DNA from: Verrucomicrobiota bacterium
Lineage (GTDB): Bacteria > Verrucomicrobiota > Verrucomicrobiia > Limisphaerales > UBA11358
Assembly: GCA_028872915.1 (NCBI GenBank)
Contig: JAGWNY010000005.1
Location: forward strand, 21,922 to 85,921
Direction of reading: 5' to 3'
DNA: 64,000 nt
Shown here: positions 21,396-31,336 of the stretch, one piece after another
Layout of the letters: every line of letters starts with the position of its first letter
Position numbering within the stretch: the stretch's first letter is position 1
Translations under genes and position numbers: made by a program
Notes under the pieces: model-generated
What the model was told of the DNA's origin: nothing
Database searches by the model: none
Seen by the model: the letters and a program-made list of their open reading frames with translations, nothing else

Positions 21396-23192
21396 ATGCC
21401 CGGCTTTTCCTCCGCCACGATTGAGCGCGTGCGCGCCGCCAGCGACATCGTGGATGTCATCGGCTCCTTTCTGCCGCTGAAGAAGGCCGGCGCCAACTTT
21501 CTCGCCCTGTGCCCCTTTCACAAGGAAAAAACGCCCAGCTTCAACGTCAATCCCCACCGCCAGATTTTTCATTGTTTCGGATGCCATAAAGGCGGCGACG
21601 TGTTCACCTTCGTCAAGGAGTACGAAAACATCGGGTTTGTGGACGCCGTCCGACGCCTGGCTGACCGCGCGAAAATTCCGCTTGAATCATCCTCCGACCC
21701 CGCCGAACGGCAGTCGCGCCATCTCAAGGATCAGTTGCTTGAAATTCACGAAAAGATCGCCCAACGCTGGCAGAATTGCCTGGCGAATGAAGCGGCAGGA
21801 CAAGCTGCCCGCGATTATCTGGCAGGGCGTGGCGTCGGCGCCGAAGCGGTGAAATTGTTCCGGCTGGGGGCGTCGCCCGATGGATGGGATGACACCGTCA
21901 ATTGGGCCAGGAGCAAGGGTTACGATCCGGCAGTCACGGAAAAGTCCGGCCTGATCATTCGCAAAACGGAGGAAGGCAAGCCGGACGAAGGACGCTACCA
22001 TGACCGCTTCCGCGGCCGCCTGATGTTTCCCATCTGCGATGAACAGGGCCGCGTGATTGGTTTTAGCGGACGAATTTTGGCCGATGAAAAAACGGCGAAA
22101 TATGTCAATTCGCCGGAAACGCCGATTTTCACCAAGGGCAAGGTGTTCTATGGCTTGGACAAATCGAAGCGGGCGATATTGGACGCCGGTTTTGCCATTA
22201 TCTGCGAAGGACAGCTTGACCTGATCGCCTGTTTCATGGGTGGCATTCAGAACGTCGTCGCGCCGCAGGGAACGGCGTTTACGGAACAGCACGGAAGGAT
22301 TCTCAAACGGTACGCGGATGAAGCAGTCCTTTGCTTTGATTCGGACGAAGCGGGGCAGGAGGCCGCCATGCGGTCCCTGGATCACCTTCTTTCCTCCGGC
22401 ATGGCTGTGCGCGTGGCTGTCGTGCCGGCGCCGCACGATCCGGACAGTTTCATCAAGGAGTTTGGCGGCAAAAAATTCATGGAAATCATCGGGAAAGCGC
22501 AAGGTTTTTTCGACTATTATTTAACCCGGCTTTGCCAGCAAAACGATCCGAATACCGACAAGGGCCGGCTTGCCGTTTTACAGGCCATGGCGGATGCGGT
22601 TCATAAGACCGGAAGCGCCGTTCTCATTGATACCTACGCTCAAAAGACCGCCTTACGGCTGGGCGTGGCGCCCGAAGCCGTCCGGGCCGGGTTTTCAAGA
22701 GCGAAAAAACCAAAAATAGAGGCGCAACATGCAGGCGCCGACGCCGAGGCGGCTGCTCCGGGCGCGGCCATCCGCCCGCCGCACCAGGAATTCTGGCTGC
22801 TTAAATTGCTGCTGCTCAATGATGATCTTGTCCCCCAAGCCGTCCTGCGCCTCGACACGACCTGGATTTCCTATTCGATCGTCCGTAAAATCGTGGAGCA
22901 ACGCTTTGCCGCTCAAAGAAGCGAGACCTGGCACGGCCTGGCGGCATTCCTGGACGAATGCGATTCGGCGGAGCGGACGCTGGTCACCGAAGCCGTTGCC
23001 GAAGACCGGCCCATTCCCAACAAGGAACAGCAATTGAGCGACATGATTTTGAAACTGCGCAATCAGTTTTTGGACCGTCAGATTGCCGAACTGAGCCAAA
23101 AGGCCGCCCAGCCGGACATTGCCCATGCCCAGCAGGTTGAACTGGAGCGCCAGAAACAGAAATTAAAGGAACAAAAACGCGCCGCTCTTTGA
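21396..23192 (+). CDS. dnaG: DNA primase
   Basis: CPFHKEKTPSF..CFGC zinc finger, DRFRGRLMFPI, KYVNSPET, TOPRIM FDSDEAG. Confidence 0.97.
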   Translation: MPGFSSATIERVRAASDIVDVIGSFLPLKKAGANFLALCPFHKEKTPSFNVNPHRQIFHCFGCHKGGDVFTFVKEYENIGFVDAVRRLADRAKIPLESSSDPAERQSRHLKDQLLEIHEKIAQRWQNCLANEAAGQAARDYLAGRGVGAEAVKLFRLGASPDGWDDTVNWARSKGYDPAVTEKSGLIIRKTEEGKPDEGRYHDRFRGRLMFPICDEQGRVIGFSGRILADEKTAKYVNSPETPIFTKGKVFYGLDKSKRAILDAGFAIICEGQLDLIACFMGGIQNVVAPQGTAFTEQHGRILKRYADEAVLCFDSDEAGQEAAMRSLDHLLSSGMAVRVAVVPAPHDPDSFIKEFGGKKFMEIIGKAQGFFDYYLTRLCQQNDPNTDKGRLAVLQAMADAVHKTGSAVLIDTYAQKTALRLGVAPEAVRAGFSRAKKPKIEAQHAGADAEAAAPGAAIRPPHQEFWLLKLLLLNDDLVPQAVLRLDTTWISYSIVRKIVEQRFAAQRSETWHGLAAFLDECDSAERTLVTEAVAEDRPIPNKEQQLSDMILKLRNQFLDRQIAELSQKAAQPDIAHAQQVELERQKQKLKEQKRAAL

Positions 23193-23202
23193 CGAACCGG
23201 TC

Positions 23203-24333
23203 CTACGGAGCCTGGAATTCCTCCTGGATATTAAGAAGCGCTTTGGCCAGGCTATCCCAGTCATTTTCGGTCGTTTCCCACCCGCTGCTAAAGCGCAGGA
23301 CGCGATGGGCGTCGGCTGGCTTGATGTGCATGGCCGCCAGGACGTGCGACGGCTCTTCCTTGCCCGTGGTGCAGGCCGAGCCGGTGCTGACGGCATAGCC
23401 CGCCTTGTCCAATTTCGACAGCCAGCGCCATTGCCCCCCTCCCGGCATGAGCGCCGCAACCGTATTCCACAAACGCGGCGCACTCCGGCCGACAATCGCG
23501 GCGCCAGGCAGGTCCTTCAAAAATCCCTTTTCAAAATTTTCACGCCATACGCCGCGCAAAACGTGCTCGCCGCGGCCCATTTGTTTCTCGCGCGCCTCGA
23601 GCGCCGCCATCATTGCCAGAATGATCGGGACATTTTCCGTTCCCGCGCGGTGACCGGCCTCCTGTTTGCCTCCCACGAGCAACGGAATGATTTTCGCCTT
23701 GTGCGGAATCTTCAAAAACCCGACTCCGCGCGGCCCGCCGAATTTATGGGCCGCGCCGCTCACAAATTCGCATTGGCCAAGTTCCCTTGCCGGCATCTTG
23801 CCCAGCCACTGGACGGCGTCCATGAAGAACGGGACCTCGTAACTTCGGCAGATCGCCTGAATCTCGCGCCACGGCTGCATGACGCCGGTTTCATTATTGG
23901 CAGCCATTACACCGACCAATCCCGGACGCCGATCAGCCATTTCAGCCGTCAACCAATCCAAATCCGCCACCCCGTCATGAGTGACCGGAATCAGCCTCGC
24001 CCGTTTCCCGAAGTAATGTTTTGCCGACTCATGCACGCACGGATGTTCAATCGCCGAAATCCAGATTTCGGTTTGCGCATCGAGGGCCTTCGCAAAGTGG
24101 TGAATGACGGTATTGTTGGCCTCGGTGGCGCCGCTGGTCCAGATGATATCCTCCGCGTTGCAACCGAGAAAGTGAGCAAGCTTTTCACGGGCTTCGCGCA
24201 ACGCGGCGCCGGCGCGCAAACCGGGTTGGTGGGGGCTGGACGGATTGCCGGGCACGTGTTCCGTGGCGGCAAGCCATGCGTCCCGCGCCTCGCGCATCAC
24301 GGGCGCCGTGGCGTTATGATCGAAATATGTCAT
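23203..24333 (-). CDS. Cysteine desulfurase (IscS/NifS family)
   Basis: YFDHNAT, NNETG, AHKFGGP PLP lysine, STGSAC. Confidence 0.9.
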   Translation of the reverse strand: MTYFDHNATAPVMREARDAWLAATEHVPGNPSSPHQPGLRAGAALREAREKLAHFLGCNAEDIIWTSGATEANNTVIHHFAKALDAQTEIWISAIEHPCVHESAKHYFGKRARLIPVTHDGVADLDWLTAEMADRRPGLVGVMAANNETGVMQPWREIQAICRSYEVPFFMDAVQWLGKMPARELGQCEFVSGAAHKFGGPRGVGFLKIPHKAKIIPLLVGGKQEAGHRAGTENVPIILAMMAALEAREKQMGRGEHVLRGVWRENFEKGFLKDLPGAAIVGRSAPRLWNTVAALMPGGGQWRWLSKLDKAGYAVSTGSACTTGKEEPSHVLAAMHIKPADAHRVLRFSSGWETTENDWDSLAKALLNIQEEFQAP

Positions 24334-24446
24334 CTGCCTGAATTAAAGTCCGGCCGGCTGGACATAATAAATCGCGTCGCCCTATCGCGCAATCAAACAG
24401 CGGAAAGGGTTTGGGGAATTCAAATTTGAGATTTCGGATTTTGCCG

Positions 24447-25607
24447 TCATGGCCCGGCGCTGCCGGCGCGGCCAAGAAGCTTCAATATTTTCCGGTGCGC
24501 CGCTGTAAACGGCAAGGCGTCCAATTCATCGAACGTGCGCCATTCATGGCCGGGGATGCGGGCGGCGATTCCGGCGGGCGCGTCGAACGCGCCATGATAC
24601 ACGTCCAGCGCAATGCGATAGCGGGTAATGGAATGCTTGATGGCGCAAAATGGCCGGAGCGGCGGCGGTTCCATGCCTAAATGGCGTTTGAAAATTATCG
24701 CCGCCGGCCCGCTCCGGCCATTGACGATGACCGGGATTTCGACGTTTGGAAACTCCCATAAATGCGCATTGACGACGTTTTCCGGTCGTTGCCGAACCAG
24801 AAATTTTTTTCGGCGCGTCGCTATGAATGCAATGAAATGGCGCGCCACCGCCGCCGGGCGTTTTCCGAGGTTCGGCAGGCGGGCAACGCGATGAGTCTTG
24901 AACGCCAGGCAAATTTTTTTGGCAGGACAGCATGAACATCCCGGATTTCGCGGCAGACAAATGGACGCGCCCAATTCCATGAGCGATTGGTTGAATCGCG
25001 AGCAGTAATCGTTGTTCGTTCCTTGCGGGCCATTTGCGGTTTTGCCCGGCGCCAGAGTCGAGGCGTGGAGAACGAGCTGTCCGGCAAGCTGCCAGAGGCG
25101 GCGGTTGGCCCGTTTTTTTCGCGGATTTTCCCTGATGCCGAAAATGCGCGTGAGCACACGAATCACGTTTCCATCCAAAATGGGATGCGGTTGGTTGAAG
25201 GCGATGCTGGCAATGGCGCCGGCGGTGTAACGGCCCACGCCGGGCAGGGCCAGGATATCCTCGAAACGGTGCGGAAACCTTCCATCATCCTTCTCCAGAA
25301 TCATCCGCGCCGCGCGGTGCAGGTTCCGGGCGCGGGTGTAGTAACCCAGTCCTTCCCACAATTTGTGGATTTTTCCAGACCCGGCCGCCGCCGCGGATTC
25401 GATGGTTGGCAATTCGGTCATCCATCGCGTCCAGAAGGGCAAAACGGTTTTAACCTGGGTTTGCTGCAACATGATTTCGGACACCCAGATGCCGTACGGA
25501 TCGCGAGTGCGCCGCCACGGCAGGTCCCGCGCATTCTCCGCGTACCAGCCCAGCAGGAGCGGAACGAGCGCGGCCGCTTTTGAATCCGTTGTTAATGCCT
25601 TTATCAT
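24447..25607 (-). CDS. mutY: A/G-specific adenine glycosylase
   Basis: VSEIMLQQT, GLGYY, LPGVGRYTA, Fe-S cysteines, C-terminal NUDIX-like LWEFP. Confidence 0.95.
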   Translation of the reverse strand: MIKALTTDSKAAALVPLLLGWYAENARDLPWRRTRDPYGIWVSEIMLQQTQVKTVLPFWTRWMTELPTIESAAAAGSGKIHKLWEGLGYYTRARNLHRAARMILEKDDGRFPHRFEDILALPGVGRYTAGAIASIAFNQPHPILDGNVIRVLTRIFGIRENPRKKRANRRLWQLAGQLVLHASTLAPGKTANGPQGTNNDYCSRFNQSLMELGASICLPRNPGCSCCPAKKICLAFKTHRVARLPNLGKRPAAVARHFIAFIATRRKKFLVRQRPENVVNAHLWEFPNVEIPVIVNGRSGPAAIIFKRHLGMEPPPLRPFCAIKHSITRYRIALDVYHGAFDAPAGIAARIPGHEWRTFDELDALPFTAAHRKILKLLGRAGSAGP

Positions 25608-25692
25608 CGAAGCGGCCTCATTATTAGCACAGCGGCCCCAAATGCCCAAAAAACTTTGGCGTCCATTGCGCCTTTATGGTTATGATTTTTCA

Positions 25693-26655
25693 GTGAAGCC
25701 GCTCACGTCCCACACCTGCAAGCTTGCGGATGAACAGGCTGCGGCGCTCGAAGCCCTCCTGCGCGGGCGCAACTGGAAGTCACGCCGGGTCCCCTATGCC
25801 CGTTTCGCCTTCGAATCGGACAAGACAAACGTGGTGTTTTATGAAAGCGGCAAGCTGGTGGTGCAGGGCAAGGGAACGCAGGAATTCATCGAGTTCATCC
25901 TGGAGCCGGAGATTTTGAAGCAAGCCCGGCTTGGTTACGAAACGGTTTTGAACCCGGCGCTCCTGGAGCCGCGGATCGGCGTGGATGAAAGCGGCAAGGG
26001 CGATTTTTTTGGGCCGCTCTGCATTGCCGGCGTTTATGTCAACGAGGCGGTCGTCCGCGCCTGGCAGGATTTGGGCATTCGCGATTCCAAAAACATCTCC
26101 AGCGATGCCCGAATTGCCAGCCTCGCTGAAACCATCCGCAAGACTCCCGGCTGCGTGGTGAGCGTGGTCGCCATTGGCAACGAAGCCTATAACCGGCTTT
26201 ACGCCAAAATGAAAAGCGTCAATACGATCCTCGCGTGGGGCCATGCGCGGGTGATTGAAAATTTGCTCGCTGAAAAACATCGCATGGATCCGCCGCCCGT
26301 TCGCGCCATGAGCGATCAGTTCGCCGCCAGCAAAAGCGTCATCGAAAAGGCATTGATGAAAGCCGGGCGCGAGATCGAATTAATCCAGCAACATCGCGCC
26401 GAAGAAGACCTGGCGGTGGCGGCCGCCTCCATCGTGGCCCGCGATGAGTTTGTCAAACGCCTGTCCGCATTGGAAAAACAGTTTGAAATCACCTTGCCCA
26501 AGGGCGCATCAGCGGCGGTGGATGAAGCGGCCAAAAAATTCGTCGCCGGGCGCGGGGCGGAGACTCTGGCCCAGGCCGCCAAAATGCACTTTCGGACGGC
26601 CTTGCGCGCCCAAGGATTGCCCGAACCGCCAAAAATGGAATGGCGCAAACGATGA
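25693..26655 (+). CDS. rnhC: Ribonuclease HIII
   Basis: TBP-like N-terminal domain (YESGKLVVQG), IGVDESGKGDFFGP, DSK, AAASIVAR, KMHF. Confidence 0.93.
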   Translation: MKPLTSHTCKLADEQAAALEALLRGRNWKSRRVPYARFAFESDKTNVVFYESGKLVVQGKGTQEFIEFILEPEILKQARLGYETVLNPALLEPRIGVDESGKGDFFGPLCIAGVYVNEAVVRAWQDLGIRDSKNISSDARIASLAETIRKTPGCVVSVVAIGNEAYNRLYAKMKSVNTILAWGHARVIENLLAEKHRMDPPPVRAMSDQFAASKSVIEKALMKAGREIELIQQHRAEEDLAVAAASIVARDEFVKRLSALEKQFEITLPKGASAAVDEAAKKFVAGRGAETLAQAAKMHFRTALRAQGLPEPPKMEWRKR

Positions 26656-26658
26656 GGC

Positions 26659-27390
26659 ATGGCCAGGCCGGATTTCATCGAGCTGCCGGACGGCGAACGT
26701 TTCTCCATTCTCCATGAAGACCGGTCTGTCATGGCCATTGACAAGCCGCCGGGCTGGATGCTTGTGCCGTATTCGTGGCAGAACACGGCGCGAAACCTGC
26801 AAGCCGCCCTTCAATCCGCCATCGCTGCCGGCGGGTTCTGGGCGCGTTCCCGCGGCCTGAAGTTTCTGCGCCACGTCCATCGCCTGGACGCCGATACCAG
26901 CGGCGTTTTGTTGCTGGCCAGGAGCCAGGGCGCCGTCCATGCGTTTTCGGATTTGTTTGAAAGCCGGAAAATGGAAAAAGTCTATCTTGCCGTGGTGGTA
27001 GGCCGGCCGAGACAGCGACAATGGGTTTGCCGGCTGAAAATTGGCCGGGACCCGCGCCGCATCGGGAAAATGGAGATCGGCGGGCGCAACGGAAAATCGG
27101 CCGAAACTCATTTCAAGGTGGTGGAGAGCGGGGAAAAGTTTTCACTCGTCGAAGCACGGCCCGTAACCGGACGGACGCATCAAATCCGGCTGCATTTGGC
27201 GGCATCGGGGGCGCCCATCGCCGGCGACGAACTCTATGGCCGGGCGGGGATCGGATTGCCGTTGGGGCTGCGGGCAGTCGCGCTCTCTTATGTGGACCCG
27301 TTTACGGGAAAACCGGTGAAAATTGTCGCGCCCGAAGAACAATTCTTGACTGATTTTGGATTTAAAAAACAGGGGGGATTGAAAAAATAA
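26659..27390 (+). CDS. RluA family pseudouridine synthase
   Basis: DKPPG, HRLDADTSG, TGRTHQIRLH. Confidence 0.93.
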   Translation: MARPDFIELPDGERFSILHEDRSVMAIDKPPGWMLVPYSWQNTARNLQAALQSAIAAGGFWARSRGLKFLRHVHRLDADTSGVLLLARSQGAVHAFSDLFESRKMEKVYLAVVVGRPRQRQWVCRLKIGRDPRRIGKMEIGGRNGKSAETHFKVVESGEKFSLVEARPVTGRTHQIRLHLAASGAPIAGDELYGRAGIGLPLGLRAVALSYVDPFTGKPVKIVAPEEQFLTDFGFKKQGGLKK

Positions 27391-27558
27391 TGGAGCCGCG
27401 CGGCAGACCATCCCGCAGGGGACGACCCGAGAAGTTCAATCAGGCGCAATTGACTGCAATTGACTGCAATTGCCCCGGTTGGCTGGGACCGGGGTGGTCA
27501 TCTTTTGGCGCTTCGCGGTCCGTGATGTCAAAGAGCAGGCCAGTAACGGCATTCGGCT
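27391..27558 (-). ncRNA. Probable 6S RNA (ssrS)-like structured RNA
   Basis: Its own promoter lies upstream; no plausible ORF; the 5' and 3' arms pair as a long irregular rod with a central bubble; 3' TTGAAC..GGGTC..CCTGCGG resembles the 6S 3' segment. Confidence 0.55.
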
Positions 27559-27561
27559 GCA

Positions 27562-27590
27562 AGTGTAGCATGGCGATGAGAGTAATGCAA
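27562..27590 (-). promoter_or_regulatory. sigma70 promoter for the ncRNA
   Basis: TTGCAT-17 nt-TACACT with an extended -10 TG. Confidence 0.65.
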
Positions 27591-27681
27591 CAACAATTTT
27601 AATGTTTTTAGCCCGACTTCCGTCCCCGGCCTGGGAAACACCCGTTTTTGAGTCAAGGCGGTGTTCGGCTGAGCCGGCGCC

Positions 27682-27948
27682 TCACTTTCCCTGATGTTCG
27701 CGGATGGCGGCGGCGATGGCGTTGACGGTTTGCAGGGCTTTTTTTGCCGCCTGCGGATTGGAAATTTTCAGTCCGTAATTTTTTTCCAGCGCCACGACGA
27801 TTTGCAGCGCGTCCACGGAATCCAGGCCCAGGCTGCCGGGGCCAAACAACGGCTGGTCATCGCCAATCTCCGCGGCGGTAGTTTGCAGCATCAGGTTCTC
27901 AACCAGCATTTCCTTGATTTGACTGTTGAGCGGGTCGGGATCGTTCAT
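27682..27948 (-). CDS. Acyl carrier protein (aryl polyene/highly reducing type II PKS-like)
   Basis: PLFGPGSLGLDSVDALQIVVALEKNYG, with the phosphopantetheine Ser in DSV. Confidence 0.92.
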   Translation of the reverse strand: MNDPDPLNSQIKEMLVENLMLQTTAAEIGDDQPLFGPGSLGLDSVDALQIVVALEKNYGLKISNPQAAKKALQTVNAIAAAIREHQGK

Positions 27949-27955
27949 GAAAGAT

Positions 27956-28963
27956 TCAGGCGGCACAGGCTGCGCTCTTGTCCCGCCTGGCGCAAGCCAA
28001 ATCGTTTGCCTTGACGAATTGGGCGCCAATGGCTTGTTGATGGCGGCCCGGAACGCTGACCACCGACGGCGCCTTTCCGCGGCGGACGGCTTCACATGCC
28101 GCCACACAGGTCCATGCCGCCGAAGCGGTGAATGCCTCGCCAAAGATGGCCCGCGCCTGTTCGATGGAAAACAGGCCGCCGGGCGCGCACGCCGGCAATT
28201 GCGCCCGCATTTGGCGAACGGCCTCCGCCCGGTTTTGGCGTCCCGTGAACGAAAAGGCATCGGTGATACGGCCAAGCTCCGCCGCCGCGCCGGAAGCGGC
28301 GGTCTTTAAATAGATCGCGCCCGCGCCGGCGGCATGGACGGTTTCGTGAGCGAACAGGTCCAGGGCATCGGAAACGATCCAGTCGTTCTCCTCCGCGCCG
28401 ACCACCACGCAGGCATTGACCCGTTCATCGGCGAGCCAATCCGCCGCCAGGGCAAGCCCCTGCAAAAAGGCGCCGCCATCGCCCACGAGAGTGTAGTTGA
28501 GGGCATCGGAATTGATGAATGACGCCAAATGACTGGCGGGGGAATTGAATACCGTTTCTGGAAACAGCAACGGGCTGGCGGTGGACGGATCGCGCAGAAC
28601 TTCCTCGTAAAAGCGGCGGGAATAGGTCACGCCCCCGCTTAAAACGCAGACAACGACGCCCAGTTGAAGTTGGCCTGAGCGGATTTCCGCAGCGTCCGCT
28701 CCGATGGCTTCCAGGGCCGCGGCCACGGTGTATTGCGCCACGGCCGTTGAGCGGCGCAACCGCGGGTGGGCCAAAAATTCCGGGCGCGTCGCCGGCGGCG
28801 GGACGTGACGCACCTTCAATTTCGAGTCCCAGCCCGGCCGCGCCAGTTCCTGGACGGGCAAGGGATGGTTCTCCCGCCACGCGCCGCACAATTTTTCGAC
28901 ACCCCAGCCCGCCGGCGAAACGGCGCCGGTTCCATGAACAAAAATTCCCGGCGCGCCATTCAT
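27956..28963 (-). CDS. Ketosynthase-like chain-length factor (no catalytic Cys)
   Basis: GTGAVSPAG, SPLLFPETVFNSPASH; the Cys position reads VGDGGAF; ATGA overlap with the KS gene. Confidence 0.75.
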   Translation of the reverse strand: MNGAPGIFVHGTGAVSPAGWGVEKLCGAWRENHPLPVQELARPGWDSKLKVRHVPPPATRPEFLAHPRLRRSTAVAQYTVAAALEAIGADAAEIRSGQLQLGVVVCVLSGGVTYSRRFYEEVLRDPSTASPLLFPETVFNSPASHLASFINSDALNYTLVGDGGAFLQGLALAADWLADERVNACVVVGAEENDWIVSDALDLFAHETVHAAGAGAIYLKTAASGAAAELGRITDAFSFTGRQNRAEAVRQMRAQLPACAPGGLFSIEQARAIFGEAFTASAAWTCVAACEAVRRGKAPSVVSVPGRHQQAIGAQFVKANDLACARRDKSAACAA

Positions 28964-30195
28964 TGCCATCGGCGGAAAATCAGGGTTGCATTCGCGCCGC
29001 CAAAGCCAAAGGAATTGGACATGGCCACCTGGAGCCTGCCGTCCCGCGGCTGGCGCACGATTTGGAAGCGGCAGGCGGCGTCCGCCTGCTCCAATGATGT
29101 CTGCGGCGGAAAAAATTGTTCGCGCAACGCCATCAGGCAAACGAGGGCTTCCACGGCGCCCGCTGCTCCCAGGAGATGGCCGATGGACGATTTGGTGGAG
29201 CTGACAGGCATTTTGGATGCCGTAGCGCCGGCCCAGCGATTGATGGCTGCCGCTTCGGTCGCGTCGTTTTGGGGCGTCGCCGTTCCATGGGCATTGATAT
29301 AATCCACTTCTTCGGGCGTGATGCGCGCGCAAAGACAGGCGGCGTTCATGGCGGCCAGGGCGGCCCGGCCTTCCGGATGTGGCTGCGTCAGATGATGCGT
29401 ATCGGTCGCGGCGCCGTATCCGATGATTTCGCCCAGAATTTCGGCGCCGCGCCGGCGCGCGACATCCGCCGATTCGAGGGCCAGAACGGCGGCGCCTTCA
29501 CCGAGGGTCAGCCCGTCACGGGCGGCATCGAAGGGGCGGCAGGGGGCCGCGGAAAGGGCCTGGAGGGAATCAAATCCTGCAAACGTCAACTGGCTGAGGG
29601 CATCGTAGCCTCCGGCCAGGACCCGTTCGGAGCGGCCGCGGCGGATCAAGTCGGACGCATGGCCGATGGCATTCGCGCCGGAGGCGCAGGCGTTGGAAAT
29701 GATGGTAATGGGGCCGGAGAAGCCGAGGGCGCTGCAAACATCCAGGCCCTGCTGCTGGGCCTGATAATGGGTCACGCGCGAGGGCTGATGTCTTCTGGCG
29801 CGGGGAAATGCCAGGCCGTCGCGCAGGTAGGTTTCGCCCAGGGACATTTCGCCGCTGGTGGTTCCCACCACAACCGGCAAATCGTCTTGCGCCCGCCAGC
29901 CGCTTTGCGTCCACGCCTGGTGCGCGGCCAGCAGGAGCATTTTTGAAGCGCGCGCCAGGCGCTTTGCATGATTGGGCGAAAGGCTGGAAGGCGGAAGGCG
30001 CATGGGCAGGTCCGTTTCCGCGGCAATTTTGGCGCGTTGCCGGGAGACATCGAATAATGTGACGGGCCTGAAGGCGGTTCGTCCGGCGCGAAAACCGGCG
30101 GCATTTGCCGCCCACCCGGCGCCGAGCGCCGTTACAATGCCCGCGCCGGTGACGACGACGCGGCGGCTTCCTGTTTGTGTCCGCGGAAAAAGCAC
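28960..30195 (-). CDS. Beta-ketoacyl-ACP synthase (FabF-like KS)
   Basis: NACASG, YINAHGTAT and KSSIGHLLGAAG give a Cys-His-His triad; SNSFGFGG. Confidence 0.93.
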   Translation of the reverse strand: MLFPRTQTGSRRVVVTGAGIVTALGAGWAANAAGFRAGRTAFRPVTLFDVSRQRAKIAAETDLPMRLPPSSLSPNHAKRLARASKMLLLAAHQAWTQSGWRAQDDLPVVVGTTSGEMSLGETYLRDGLAFPRARRHQPSRVTHYQAQQQGLDVCSALGFSGPITIISNACASGANAIGHASDLIRRGRSERVLAGGYDALSQLTFAGFDSLQALSAAPCRPFDAARDGLTLGEGAAVLALESADVARRRGAEILGEIIGYGAATDTHHLTQPHPEGRAALAAMNAACLCARITPEEVDYINAHGTATPQNDATEAAAINRWAGATASKMPVSSTKSSIGHLLGAAGAVEALVCLMALREQFFPPQTSLEQADAACRFQIVRQPRDGRLQVAMSNSFGFGGANATLIFRRWQ

Positions 30196-30208
30196 TTAGG
30201 CACGCGGC

Positions 30209-31252
30209 TTAAGCCGGAATCGTTTCGCGCGGCGCGGTCCGGCGCGCCCCGTCTTGCTTTTTTTCGCGGTAAAAGACAGACAGCCCGGTCGCCGCAGGGG
30301 CCAGATTTTCCGCCGCCACGGCTTCGAGCACGCGCGCCTCGGTCATGATGAAGCGGTCGCGTTTGTAAATGATGTAATCGCCGCGCCATTCATCGGGCGT
30401 CAGGTTGATGGTCACCAGGTTCGCGCCCGCGCGCAGCCCGCGCCGGTAACCGTCGCGCGCGGCGATGTTGAAGGCGCTGACCGCCGGAACCACCCAATCG
30501 GGCCGCATGAGGCGCAACGCCGCAACGCAATTGAACGTCCAATCCGCATTCGCCAGCGGGGACGCGGCCAGCGGCGTCTTTTCGCCTGGAATGAACGGGC
30601 TGACGCTGCATCCCTCCAATGGAAGCGCCGACGCCAATTCAAAATTCTTCAACAAACTTTCCACGGTCTGTCCCGGCAGGCCGGCGATGAAGCCGGAACT
30701 GACGTTCCATCCTTTTTCGGCGAGCAGCCGGATGTGGGTGACGCGTTCATCGAGCGTGCCGGGCGCTTCCAACCATTCGTATTGCCTGGCGTCGGCGCAC
30801 TCAAATTTCATGATGAAAATTTCGGCGCCGGCCGATTGCAGATCGTCATAAAGCCGCGCCGGGAGGGTGCCCAGGCAAACGCTGATGCCCAGCGCCGTTT
30901 CCCGCCGGAGGGTCTTGATGAGCGGGAGCGCAATTTCGCGGACGGCCACGGGGTCCTCGCCCGCCTGAATGTTGATGTCGGTAACGCTCGCCGGACAATG
31001 TTTAAGGATCATTTCTGCAAGCTGCTCATGCCGGGCGCGAAAGCGGGCGAGTTCCGCGTTGTCACGGCGCATGCCGCAATAATGGCAGTTTTCGCGGCAA
31101 AAATTGGAAATCTCGACGACCGCGCGCACAAAAACGCCGTTACCGAAATTCCGGCGGGTGGCCGCGGCGGCAAGTTCATGAAACGCCTCCTGTTGGGCGG
31201 ACTGAAGGCCGAGATCGGCCCGCGATGGAAAATAACCTTTTTTAACCGGCAC
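30209..31252 (-). CDS. Radical SAM protein, HydE/PylB/BioB-like
   Basis: EISNFCRENCHYCGMR (CxxxCxxC), SPFIPGEKTPL, GANLVTINLTP; start approximate. Confidence 0.85.
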   Translation of the reverse strand: MPVKKGYFPSRADLGLQSAQQEAFHELAAAATRRNFGNGVFVRAVVEISNFCRENCHYCGMRRDNAELARFRARHEQLAEMILKHCPASVTDINIQAGEDPVAVREIALPLIKTLRRETALGISVCLGTLPARLYDDLQSAGAEIFIMKFECADARQYEWLEAPGTLDERVTHIRLLAEKGWNVSSGFIAGLPGQTVESLLKNFELASALPLEGCSVSPFIPGEKTPLAASPLANADWTFNCVAALRLMRPDWVVPAVSAFNIAARDGYRRGLRAGANLVTINLTPDEWRGDYIIYKRDRFIMTEARVLEAVAAENLAPAATGLSVFYREKKQDGARRTAPRETIPA

Positions 31253-31336
31253 GCTGAAATTTAATTTGCCCGCGCCATTTTCGCCAGCCCTTTTTCGCAG
31301 TTTGCAATGCTTCGTCAAATAGCCGTCGAAACGGTT

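Noticed and set aside
27445-27472. GCAATTGACT tandem repeat as a CRISPR array or iteron
   Set aside because: There are only about 2.7 copies and no spacers; it is better explained as part of the ncRNA.
30209-31252. Radical SAM as [FeFe]-hydrogenase maturase HydE, PylB or biotin synthase
   Set aside because: No hyd, pyl or bio partner genes are nearby and the context is KS/CLF/ACP, so no gene symbol was assigned.
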